DNA of 27,612 nt, taken from a virus (taxonomy: Duplodnaviria > Caudoviricetes). The notes under the pieces are model-generated. The model was given only the letters and a program-made list of their open reading frames with translations, made no database searches and was not told where the DNA came from. The stretch spans positions 1 to 27,612 of IMG/VR virus record IMGVR_UViG_3300005512_000265; one strand, given 5' to 3'. Positions within the stretch are counted from its first letter, which is position 1. Every line of letters begins with the position of its first letter. The position numbers and the translations under genes were made by a program. Shown here piece by piece: positions 1 through 7,915 of this stretch.

Positions 1-1
1 T

Positions 2-1225
2 ATCATTAAGACACCTGCTTACAGAGATAAAGAAGCTAAAGGTTCCTACAGATTATATACAGCAGGATCACCTGAGGCTGGTCGAGGGACGACTCCCACA
101 ATAGCACACCTATCTGAGATTGCGTTCTGGCAGCATGATGAAAAGATCCTTGCAGGTTTATTCCAAGGTATCTCTCAAGCTGATGGTACTGAGGTAATCC
201 TTGAAAGTACTGCTAATGGTGCTCAGGGTGAGTTCTACAGATTGTGGAGAGGTGCTGTTGCTGGTGAGAATGAATACTTACCTATATTCCTCCCTTGGTA
301 TTGGACTAATGAATACCGTAGGAAAGCTCCTGAAGGTATGGAGTTAACTACAGAAGAAGATAATCTTAAAGAGAAGTTTGGTCTTGATGATGATCAACTG
401 TATTGGAGAAGGTTAAAGATTGCTGAGAGTGGGGAACTTAAGTTCAAACAAGAATACCCCTCAACAGCAGATGAAGCATTTGTTGTTTCAGGTTCTAATG
501 TATTTGATATTGATAAACTAGATAGTCTTATTCCAGAAGCACCTTTGTCTACACGGGTATGGGATACATACTCTAAGATGTTTGATGATGGTAAGGAAGG
601 TAAGTTACAACTTTGGAGTTACCCTAAGTTTGATAAACCTTATGTTATTGCTGCTGATGTAAGTTTAGGTGTTGGTCAGGATTACAGTACTGCTGTTGTC
701 TTAGATCAAGATTATAAAGTGATTGCATTGTACAGGGATAATAGAATTGATCCTAGCACCTATGGTGAATTATTATTTTACTTAGGTAGATATTTCAATA
801 ATGCATTCTTATGTGTTGAGTCTAACTCTATGGGTATTGCTACCCTACAGAAACTAGAGTCTATGAATTATGTCAACATGTATAAACAAACTAAGATTGC
901 TAATGTGTCTAATGAAGAGGGTGTGCGTCTAGGGTTTAGAACCACAGTCAGCACTAAGCCTGTCATCATTGGTAATCTAAAAAGATTAATTGCTGATGAG
1001 GCAATAAACATCCCATCAAATATTATGATACAAGAGTTAAAAGATTACATTTCTACAGATACAGGTAAAACAGAAGCATCCCCAGGAACACATGATGATA
1101 CAGTCATGGCGTTAGCTATGGGGTGTGAAGTATTACGGACCCACTACGATAAGCTTGTCTTAAACAGAATGTCTTGGAAAGATAGAGTTGGTGAGTGGGA
1201 ACAGGATAACACAGCATGGTTATAG
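2..1225 (+). CDS. terL: Terminase large subunit (5'-truncated by window edge)
   Basis: Frame is open from base 2 (IIKTPAYRDKEAKGSYRLYTAG...). Walker-B-like IAHLSE and coupling motif ESTANG lie upstream of the track's start at 242. C-terminal RNase H-like nuclease motifs IAADVSLGVGQDYS, VESNSMG, HDDTVMALAM. Precedes portal. Confidence 0.95.
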   Translation: MIKTPAYRDKEAKGSYRLYTAGSPEAGRGTTPTIAHLSEIAFWQHDEKILAGLFQGISQADGTEVILESTANGAQGEFYRLWRGAVAGENEYLPIFLPWYWTNEYRRKAPEGMELTTEEDNLKEKFGLDDDQLYWRRLKIAESGELKFKQEYPSTADEAFVVSGSNVFDIDKLDSLIPEAPLSTRVWDTYSKMFDDGKEGKLQLWSYPKFDKPYVIAADVSLGVGQDYSTAVVLDQDYKVIALYRDNRIDPSTYGELLFYLGRYFNNAFLCVESNSMGIATLQKLESMNYVNMYKQTKIANVSNEEGVRLGFRTTVSTKPVIIGNLKRLIADEAINIPSNIMIQELKDYISTDTGKTEASPGTHDDTVMALAMGCEVLRTHYDKLVLNRMSWKDRVGEWEQDNTAWL

Positions 1226-1234
1226 TGATATAAT
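1206..1234 (+). promoter_or_regulatory. Sigma70-type extended -10 promoter
   Basis: TG-A-TATAAT at 1226-1234 is a perfect TGnTATAAT directly after the terL stop. ATAACA (4/6 match to TTGACA) at 1206-1211 with 17-bp spacing. Predicted start ~1241. Confidence 0.6.
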
Positions 1235-1240
1235 AATGCT

Positions 1241-1424
1241 ACCAATCTTCCGTTTGTCCTCAACTAGTCTGGTATAGCTAGTGGAAGAAACTATACCACT
1301 TTACTTTAGGTCTTATAAGAGTGTCTTGACGTACCAGCCTTAAAATTGTTATGTCTAGACAGATACGTTAGTATTAAACATTACGTATTCCTGCTGCCAT
1401 ATCAAGGCACTCTTATAGGACTTA
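1241..1424 (+). ncRNA. Candidate structured ncRNA / 5' leader (pseudoknot-capable module plus long stem)
   Basis: Pairings read by hand: 1246-1251/1283-1288, 1263-1267/1278-1282, 1270-1277/1291-1298, and a 23-bp stem 1307-1329/1402-1424 with three G-U pairs. Family not recognised. Confidence 0.5.
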
Positions 1425-1452
1425 CATATAGATAGATAGATAGGAAGATAGA

Positions 1453-1590
1453 ATGTCTCGATTTATACAACCACAGCCTGAGAAAAAGGCTAAGAAAGAA
1501 AAGCCAAGGGAGATGCCCAAGGTAGGAAATTATTCCTCAGAAGATCTTCGTAATGGGAGTAAGATCCCAACGAAAGGGGGTTATCAATAG
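1453..1590 (+). CDS. Small basic hypothetical protein (45 aa), not in ORF track
   Basis: MSRFIQPQPEKKAKKEKPREMPKVGNYSSEDLRNGSKIPTKGGYQ*. AGGA upstream. Stop overlaps the portal GTG (TAGTG), indicating translational coupling. Confidence 0.7.
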   Translation: MSRFIQPQPEKKAKKEKPREMPKVGNYSSEDLRNGSKIPTKGGYQ

Positions 1591-3731
1591 TGGCTAAATA
1601 TTATGGTTATAAAGAAAAAGTAACAGATGAGCAGCTAATTAATTTAGTTGAATCTGGTGTACAGAACTCTGTAGGAGATTGGTTAAACTCCTCTGATCTA
1701 GCGTATGAGCGTATCCGTAGTACTTACGAATATGCAGGAGTACCTGTAGGTCATCTCGCCCCACAAGGTGTATCCAGTATTGTTGATACATCAACTACAG
1801 AAACAGTAGAAGCTTTTTCAGCGATTCTATCTGATCTCTTCTTAAACAACCAACGGTTAGCCCGTTTTGTCCCATACAATGATTCTCCCGGAGCATATAA
1901 GAGTGCTAAGGATGCATCACTACTTGTTAACTATTGTCTATTCAAACAGAACAATGGGTGGGAGATTCTAGAGTCATGGATGAAATGTGCATTACTCTGG
2001 AAGAATGGGATTATCCGTTGGGACTATGTAGAAGATTATGAGTATATCTTTGAAGAGTATGAAAAGATTACTCAACCCCGTCTTGATGAAATCTTATCAG
2101 AAGATGATGTAGAGATTGTAGGTGATCTCCAATTTGAGAATGATATTGATACTCAAGGGGAGTCTGAATTAGTTTATGTAGATGTACGTCTACGTAGAAA
2201 AATAAATAAATCTAAAGTTAAGCTAGAACTTATCCCACCAGAATCTTTCCGTATTTCTAGGGAAGCATCAAGTATTGAGAATTCTGAGTTTGTTGGATTA
2301 CAATCAACATACACTCGTTCAGAGATGCGTAAGATGTGGCCTGAAATGTCAGAGTCTTTATCTGAAGATGATTGGAATGCATTAGGTTCTGAGAATTGGA
2401 ATGGGACTAGTCGTTACTCTGAAGACATTGCTGCAAGGAAACTTGTCACAGGGCAAGAATACTGGCAAGGGTCTACGAATATTGATCTGACACCCCTAGA
2501 AGCAAATAGGGAAGTAACAGTTACTGAGTGTTGGTTACATGTTGATCGTGATGGGGATGGTATTGCTGAACTAAAACGATTCATTATTGCAGGTACTCAT
2601 GTCCTTCTTGAAGAAGATGTAGATATGATCCCTCTAGCATCTTTGTCTCCAATTAACATTCCATTTGAATTTTATGGTTTGTCTATTGCTGACTTTACTC
2701 GTTCGTCTACGTTAGCATCCACAGCTATCCTTCGTGGGTTTGTTGAGAATACATATCTAACAAACTACTCACCTAAGCTAGCTGATCCTAATGTTGTAGA
2801 CTTCAGTGCATTACAAAATATGAAACCTAAGCAGATCATTCCTACGAATGGTAACCCTGCTGGTGCTGTATCTGCAATGGTTCCTGAGACTATGAGTACT
2901 AGTACTGTACCTCTCTTAGAACATCTACAGATGATCAAGGAACAGGCTACAGGTATGTCTAAGGCTGCTCAAGGTCTTAACGATACTCTGTACGTATCAG
3001 GTAACTCTGAACAAAAATTAGCAGCAGTACAATCCGCATCCCAGAAACGTATTCAACAGATTGCTAGACGGTTTGCTGAGACAGGGTTTAAACGTCTTTG
3101 TCTTGGTGTCTACCACACAATGCGTAGGTGCATGAATGAAAAGATTTCTTGTAAGATTGCCCATTCATTCTCTGATATCAACCCATCAGATCTCCCACGT
3201 AATCTAGAGTGTGAGATCTTTGTAGATATCGGTGAGAACTCTAATCTCAACAAGATTCAAAAACTCAAATCATTAGGTCAAGAAATACTACCTGCGTTGA
3301 AAGCTCAAGGTATAGGTATGATGGTCAGACCTGAGGCTCCTGCATCTCTAGCTACTCAGTTAGTTGAAGCAATGGGTATGGATTCAAATGATTTCTTTGT
3401 GGATTACACAGAGGATGAGTTTAAAGAGAAAGCTGCTCAAGAGATTCAGAAACAGAATCAACAAGCACAACAAGCTAAGGAAATGGAGTTAGCTAAAGCA
3501 CAAGCTGATATAGGATTACAACAAGCAAATGTGTCTTACACACAAGCACAAGCTCGTAACACAATGGATGATAATGCTCGTCAGATGGCTGTAGCTATTG
3601 ATAAACATTTCCAAGAGTGGGCAGATCTAAACATCAAATCTGTCAAAGAGGGTGCTCAATTAGATGAACATCCCCAATTTGAAACTATCCTAGAAATGGT
3701 TAAAAACATTATGGGTACACAAGGACAATAA
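1590..3731 (+). CDS. Portal protein (P22/SU10-like podovirus type)
   Basis: 713 aa after terminase. Motifs KCALLWKNGIIRW, ELIPPESFRI, ECWLHVDRDGDGIAE, PFEFYGLSIAD, IARRFAETG, and a Q/A-rich coiled-coil C-terminal barrel. Confidence 0.9.
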   Translation: MAKYYGYKEKVTDEQLINLVESGVQNSVGDWLNSSDLAYERIRSTYEYAGVPVGHLAPQGVSSIVDTSTTETVEAFSAILSDLFLNNQRLARFVPYNDSPGAYKSAKDASLLVNYCLFKQNNGWEILESWMKCALLWKNGIIRWDYVEDYEYIFEEYEKITQPRLDEILSEDDVEIVGDLQFENDIDTQGESELVYVDVRLRRKINKSKVKLELIPPESFRISREASSIENSEFVGLQSTYTRSEMRKMWPEMSESLSEDDWNALGSENWNGTSRYSEDIAARKLVTGQEYWQGSTNIDLTPLEANREVTVTECWLHVDRDGDGIAELKRFIIAGTHVLLEEDVDMIPLASLSPINIPFEFYGLSIADFTRSSTLASTAILRGFVENTYLTNYSPKLADPNVVDFSALQNMKPKQIIPTNGNPAGAVSAMVPETMSTSTVPLLEHLQMIKEQATGMSKAAQGLNDTLYVSGNSEQKLAAVQSASQKRIQQIARRFAETGFKRLCLGVYHTMRRCMNEKISCKIAHSFSDINPSDLPRNLECEIFVDIGENSNLNKIQKLKSLGQEILPALKAQGIGMMVRPEAPASLATQLVEAMGMDSNDFFVDYTEDEFKEKAAQEIQKQNQQAQQAKEMELAKAQADIGLQQANVSYTQAQARNTMDDNARQMAVAIDKHFQEWADLNIKSVKEGAQLDEHPQFETILEMVKNIMGTQGQ

Positions 3732-4036
3732 TGGATAAGTATAGAAAGGCAGGTGAGAAGAACCTGAGTAATAAAATGCATCCTGATATGTTGGCAAAGG
3801 AAGCGTTGATTAATGCTTCTTTTGCTAGTCAGGAACGTGACCAATTCTTTGATGATGCATATGGTGAGTTGTTAGTAACTTACTTTATGCATTGGTTAAA
3901 GACTGATCCACATGAGACTAAGACTCGTGAGTTTATTTATAACTCTGCTCTTGCTCTTGGGGATGTGCGTAAGAAGCTAGTGGAATATGAAACCCTAGGA
4001 AAGAATGTACAATTTATGGAGGACAACAATGCGTAA
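3731..4036 (+). CDS. Hypothetical head-module protein (101 aa)
   Basis: TAATG overlap with portal, AGGA RBS, helical composition. Lies between portal and scaffold. Confidence 0.75.
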   Translation: MDKYRKAGEKNLSNKMHPDMLAKEALINASFASQERDQFFDDAYGELLVTYFMHWLKTDPHETKTREFIYNSALALGDVRKKLVEYETLGKNVQFMEDNNA

Positions 4037-4268
4037 TATTGATTACACGCAAGTATTAGAAAATATCGAAAGTATGATTAATGTATTAGAGTATGACTCA
4101 ATGCGTAGCCCCGGAAAGGCTAAAATTAATTCAGAGACACTTGTAAACTTGTACAATCTACAAGATCGGTATCAATCAAAAACAGTAGTAGCACCTGCTG
4201 TGAAGAAAGAAGCAGTAGTAGATGCTCCTGTTAAAAAGCCTGTAAGTAAAACTACAGCAACCAAATAA
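4029..4268 (+). CDS. Hypothetical protein (79 aa; start revised from 4005)
   Basis: GGAGG at 4018-4022 precedes ATG 4029 (MRNIDYTQ...). K/P/A/V-rich tail. Confidence 0.7.
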   Translation: MRNIDYTQVLENIESMINVLEYDSMRSPGKAKINSETLVNLYNLQDRYQSKTVVAPAVKKEAVVDAPVKKPVSKTTATK

Positions 4269-4283
4269 TTGAGGAATTAGTTT

Positions 4284-5369
4284 ATGAATACTGAAGCAAA
4301 CGAATCTCTACCCACGGATGACATTCCCGCTGAAGTTAATAATGGTCCAACTGAACAAGAACTCTTGGATGCCGTTCTAGAACAATCACAGTTCATTGAA
4401 GAATCGCTACCCGATGAAGAAGTTCCTGAAGTTGACCCGTCTGAATCAGATGAAGAAGACCCAGAAGAATCTGATGAAGTCGTGAATGGAGAAGATGAAG
4501 AAGCTGAATATGAAGATGATGAAACAGAAGATGAGGATGCTACGGCTACCCAAGATGCTACTGTTTATGAATTGGATGATTTAGACTTAGATGCACAAGT
4601 CATTGTCAAAATTGATGGTGAAGAACAAGCTGTATCTTTTAGTGATCTTATCAAAGGTTACTCTACTGAACAATCTCTTTCTAACAAGGGTCGTGAACTC
4701 GGTGAAGCACGTAAAGAGTTAGAAGCAGAACGTGAAGCTCAACTTGCAGAAATCAATAAGATTGGTCAAGCAAGTGCAGCAGTTCTACTTTCTGAGGAAC
4801 AGCAATTCGCTAAACAGTACCATGATTTCGAGGCTAAGATTCAAGAAGCTCGTGATAATGGTGATACATACGAATTGTCTGAATTAAAAGACAAACGTGA
4901 ACAAGCTCAACAAAGCTACTGGAATGCTCGTAAGAAGCGTGAAGGTATCATCGCACAAATGGAAGAACAACAATCTGCTGTTTATGAACAGCAATGGGTT
5001 GAAGCTCTTGATCACTTTAACAATTCTATTACACAATATGTCCCCGGATTCGATGAGAATCTCGCAGGGGAGATCCGTCAGTTTGCTCTAGAGGAAGGAA
5101 TTCCTGAAGAGTTTATTGATACCGTAGTAGATCCTGTTATGGTTAAGTTTGTGAATGATTATAGGTTACTTAAGCAAGGTGTCTCTAAAGGAGAAGCTAA
5201 ACGCAAATCCGCACCTGCTAAGAAGTTACCTGTAAAGAAAGCTAAGAGTACTGTTAAAAAGAAAGCTGATCAAGAAGCTATGATTAAGGCAAGGGCATTC
5301 AAAGAGGATGCTAACCCTGAAGATCAAATGGCTTTTCTTAAACAACTTGCTTCCCGATCTTTAGGTTAA
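4284..5369 (+). CDS. Capsid scaffolding protein
   Basis: Very acidic N-terminus, VKIDGEEQAVSFSDLIKGYS motif, coiled-coil middle, basic C-terminus. Immediately upstream of capsid gene. GAGG RBS. Confidence 0.85.
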   Translation: MNTEANESLPTDDIPAEVNNGPTEQELLDAVLEQSQFIEESLPDEEVPEVDPSESDEEDPEESDEVVNGEDEEAEYEDDETEDEDATATQDATVYELDDLDLDAQVIVKIDGEEQAVSFSDLIKGYSTEQSLSNKGRELGEARKELEAEREAQLAEINKIGQASAAVLLSEEQQFAKQYHDFEAKIQEARDNGDTYELSELKDKREQAQQSYWNARKKREGIIAQMEEQQSAVYEQQWVEALDHFNNSITQYVPGFDENLAGEIRQFALEEGIPEEFIDTVVDPVMVKFVNDYRLLKQGVSKGEAKRKSAPAKKLPVKKAKSTVKKKADQEAMIKARAFKEDANPEDQMAFLKQLASRSLG

Positions 5370-5408
5370 ACACAAATATAATATTTCTTTTATCGGAGAA
5401 TAATAAAA

Positions 5409-6521
5409 ATGGCAATTGTTGCAGGTCGTGGTGTATCCACAGGTCGTGCTCAGGCAGACGTAACTTCAGGTCGTAATAACGCAGACGTATCTCAGCGTGA
5501 AGACTTGGCAAATTTCATTACTATGATTACTCGTGAAGAGACTCCTTTTATCTCTTCTATTGGCAAAGCTAAAGCGACAGCTATCTACCACGAATGGCAG
5601 ACAGATGAACTTGCTGCTCCCGGAAACTCTCGCCTTGCAGAAGGTACAGATTTCGATTCAAGCAGTGTTACTGTTGGTCCACATCGTACTCGTCTGGGTA
5701 ACTACACTCAGATCAACGGTAAGCAACTCGCAGTATCAGGCACTCGTCGTGCTGTAGATCAAGCAGGTGTTGCTGATGAATACGCATACCAACTCAAGAA
5801 GCGTGGTACTGAACTACGTCGTGATGTTGAGTTTGATGTTGTTCATGGCTACAATGTTGCATCTGCTTCTGGTACTCGTACTATGGGTGGATACCAAGCA
5901 TTCATTAACTCTGCTGACACAGTAAACTATGTTGGTGAGTTTGAAGCTCCATCAGCAGGTACTACTGGTGCAGGAACAGATAACGCAGGTACAGCGGTCC
6001 CTCGTTCATCTATCAACGGATCTACTACTGCTCCTGATCGTGCTGCTCTTGCACTTTCAGACATCGATGCAGTTATGCAGAAGATCTATGAAGAAGGTGG
6101 TAAGGCATCACGTATCATGTTGTCTCCAAAGCTTCGTCGTGATTTCTCAGACTTGATCCAAGCTGAGTCTAATGTTCGTCGTAATGTCGATGAGTCAGGT
6201 AAGCTTCGCCAGTCAGTCGACGTATACATGTCAGACTTTGGTGATCTCATGGTAGTTCCTAACTACATCATGGGTCTTTCAAATAACGTAGCATTTACTG
6301 GTGACGACAATGTTGCTCACTCAGGTGCTGGTGTTACTGACGTAGCTGACTTTGCTGCATTGATCTATGATCCAATGTGGTTCAACATCGCTACACTACG
6401 TCCTCTCACAGAAGTTGATGTAGGCCAAAAGGGTGACTCTACTGTCGGTATGATGGTTGAAGAGACTACTCTTGAAGTACGTAACCCTAAGGGTTGTGGT
6501 GCTATCTACGGTCTTGAGTAA
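5409..6521 (+). CDS. Major capsid protein (SU10/DUF5309-like)
   Basis: REDLANFITMITREETPFISSIGK, HEWQTDEL, RLGNYTQI, YQLKKRGTELRRDVE, VDVYMSDFG, TLEVRNPKG. GGAG RBS and followed by a terminator. Confidence 0.92.
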   Translation: MAIVAGRGVSTGRAQADVTSGRNNADVSQREDLANFITMITREETPFISSIGKAKATAIYHEWQTDELAAPGNSRLAEGTDFDSSSVTVGPHRTRLGNYTQINGKQLAVSGTRRAVDQAGVADEYAYQLKKRGTELRRDVEFDVVHGYNVASASGTRTMGGYQAFINSADTVNYVGEFEAPSAGTTGAGTDNAGTAVPRSSINGSTTAPDRAALALSDIDAVMQKIYEEGGKASRIMLSPKLRRDFSDLIQAESNVRRNVDESGKLRQSVDVYMSDFGDLMVVPNYIMGLSNNVAFTGDDNVAHSGAGVTDVADFAALIYDPMWFNIATLRPLTEVDVGQKGDSTVGMMVEETTLEVRNPKGCGAIYGLE

Positions 6522-6530
6522 GACTGCATA

Positions 6531-6567
6531 AGGAAGGGGGAAATTTGTCCCCCTTTCTTTTTATTTT
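6531..6567 (+). terminator. Rho-independent terminator after capsid gene
   Basis: Stem AGGAAGGGGGA (6531-6541) / TCCCCCTTTCT (6548-6558), 6-nt loop, then a T-rich tract. Confidence 0.85.
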
Positions 6568-6590
6568 AAATTATTTGGGAGTAATAATTT

Positions 6591-6791
6591 ATGCTAGTAA
6601 TTAAAAGCGAAAGCACAGGTGTTATCTACCCTGCTGATAACTGTTCTTGGAAACAAGCAGCATCAGCTAGTGGTAATGGCTATACAATTAACACAGCGAA
6701 TTTTTATGGTACAGGTAGTGCAGTAAGTATTGCTAATCCTGTATTAGGTTTTATCGGCAAGTCAGGTCGATTTGTTAAGATTTCAGATTAA
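6591..6791 (+). CDS. Small hypothetical virion protein (66 aa)
   Basis: GGAG RBS, beta-rich composition, directly after capsid gene. Decoration role possible but unsupported. Confidence 0.65.
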   Translation: MLVIKSESTGVIYPADNCSWKQAASASGNGYTINTANFYGTGSAVSIANPVLGFIGKSGRFVKISD

Positions 6792-6799
6792 GGATTTAT

Positions 6800-7132
6800 A
6801 TGGCTAAGTGGAAAGTAGGGGATAAGACGAATCCCGGATCACTTCAAGGTACATTTGAGTATGAAGCAGGTTCTGCTACAGGTGAGTCTGTATGGACTGT
6901 TCAGCAAGATGAAAAGCCTTTTATTGAACAAGCTAAATTAGATAGGGAAGCAGGTGCTAAAAAAGGTGCAGGCTATAAAAAGTTTGCTACGATTCCAGAC
7001 ATTGTAGCCATTGATATCCTTAATAAATACGGTATTGATATTCACGATCCTGATACAATGAGAGATCAAACTAAAATGAATAAATTTAAACAAATTATTA
7101 AAAGTGAATATAAATATCTTTTATCATATTAG
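6800..7132 (+). CDS. Hypothetical protein (110 aa)
   Basis: AAGGA RBS. KKFATIPDIVAI...IIKSEYKYL resembles small proteins found between capsid and adaptor in podoviruses. Confidence 0.7.
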   Translation: MAKWKVGDKTNPGSLQGTFEYEAGSATGESVWTVQQDEKPFIEQAKLDREAGAKKGAGYKKFATIPDIVAIDILNKYGIDIHDPDTMRDQTKMNKFKQIIKSEYKYLLSY

Positions 7133-7143
7133 GAGACTAAAAC

Positions 7144-7905
7144 ATGGCAACTCCACTATTTGATGCATTAGTAGTTAAGGTTCGCAATTGGGCAAACCGA
7201 GATAGTGATGTTTTAAGTGATAGCCTAATAACTGATTTTTTAGATTATTCAGCAGACTACTGTTATCATAAGTTAAGAATTCCACCTTTAGAATATACTT
7301 ATCAATATCCTATTATTGATAGTTTAACAGAAGATGAAACTTCTTTAGTAGTGCCTCCAGATTTCTCAGAGTTAATTTCTTTTTCTGTAGTTGATTCTAA
7401 TAACGACAGATATGTTTTTAACAAATCTTTACCTCAAGCTGAATTTAATAATTCATTTGTAATTAAACCAAATTATTCATTTTCGTTTAAAGGTAATGAA
7501 ATACAATTTTATCCAAAAGCTGAAGTTGGTAATATTTATGAATTACATTATTATCGACGTTTACCTGATTTAGATGCAACTTATGTTGTTAATCAAACAA
7601 ATATTACATTAGGTAACTGTACTGTAGCTTCTGCGGAAGATGAAGGGGCAGTAGAATTTCCTGAAAGTTCTGGCACTTATTATACTGGAAATGAAGTATA
7701 TAACTGGCTAAGAGATGAGAATGAAAGAGTTCTCCTTTGGGGAGCATTTGCTCATGCTTTAGATTATTTAGGCGAAGATGAACGAGCTATGAAGTTTTTT
7801 CAAAAACAAGAATTTGCAGTTCAAGAACTTAATGGTGAAGATAAATTAAGAAAAGCAAAAGGTGCTAGTAATACAGTAACTTTTGAAGTTTCACAGTTAT
7901 TATAA
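7144..7905 (+). CDS. Head-tail adaptor protein
   Basis: VRNWANRDSD, LRIPPLE, FYP, ELHYYRRLPDL, NWLRDENERVLLWGA motifs. Position matches the SU10-type adaptor. Confidence 0.75.
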   Translation: MATPLFDALVVKVRNWANRDSDVLSDSLITDFLDYSADYCYHKLRIPPLEYTYQYPIIDSLTEDETSLVVPPDFSELISFSVVDSNNDRYVFNKSLPQAEFNNSFVIKPNYSFSFKGNEIQFYPKAEVGNIYELHYYRRLPDLDATYVVNQTNITLGNCTVASAEDEGAVEFPESSGTYYTGNEVYNWLRDENERVLLWGAFAHALDYLGEDERAMKFFQKQEFAVQELNGEDKLRKAKGASNTVTFEVSQLL

Positions 7906-7915
7906 GGATAATTAA

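Noticed and set aside
242-244. ORF-track start of the terminase
   Set aside because: The frame is open to the window edge and ATPase motifs lie upstream, so the true start is outside the window.
1231-1298. Assigning the structured element to HDV-like, twister, hammerhead or guanidine-III families
   Set aside because: Only fragmentary resemblance (TCCTC, GCTAG, AGGACAA on the minus strand). The required helices and core consensus could not be built.
5377-5382. TATAAT upstream of the capsid gene
   Set aside because: No TG extension or properly spaced -35. Expected by chance in an AT-rich spacer.
6500-6791. Capsid frameshift/readthrough extension as in some podoviruses
   Set aside because: No slippery heptamer before the TAA, a strong terminator follows, and the next ORF has its own RBS.
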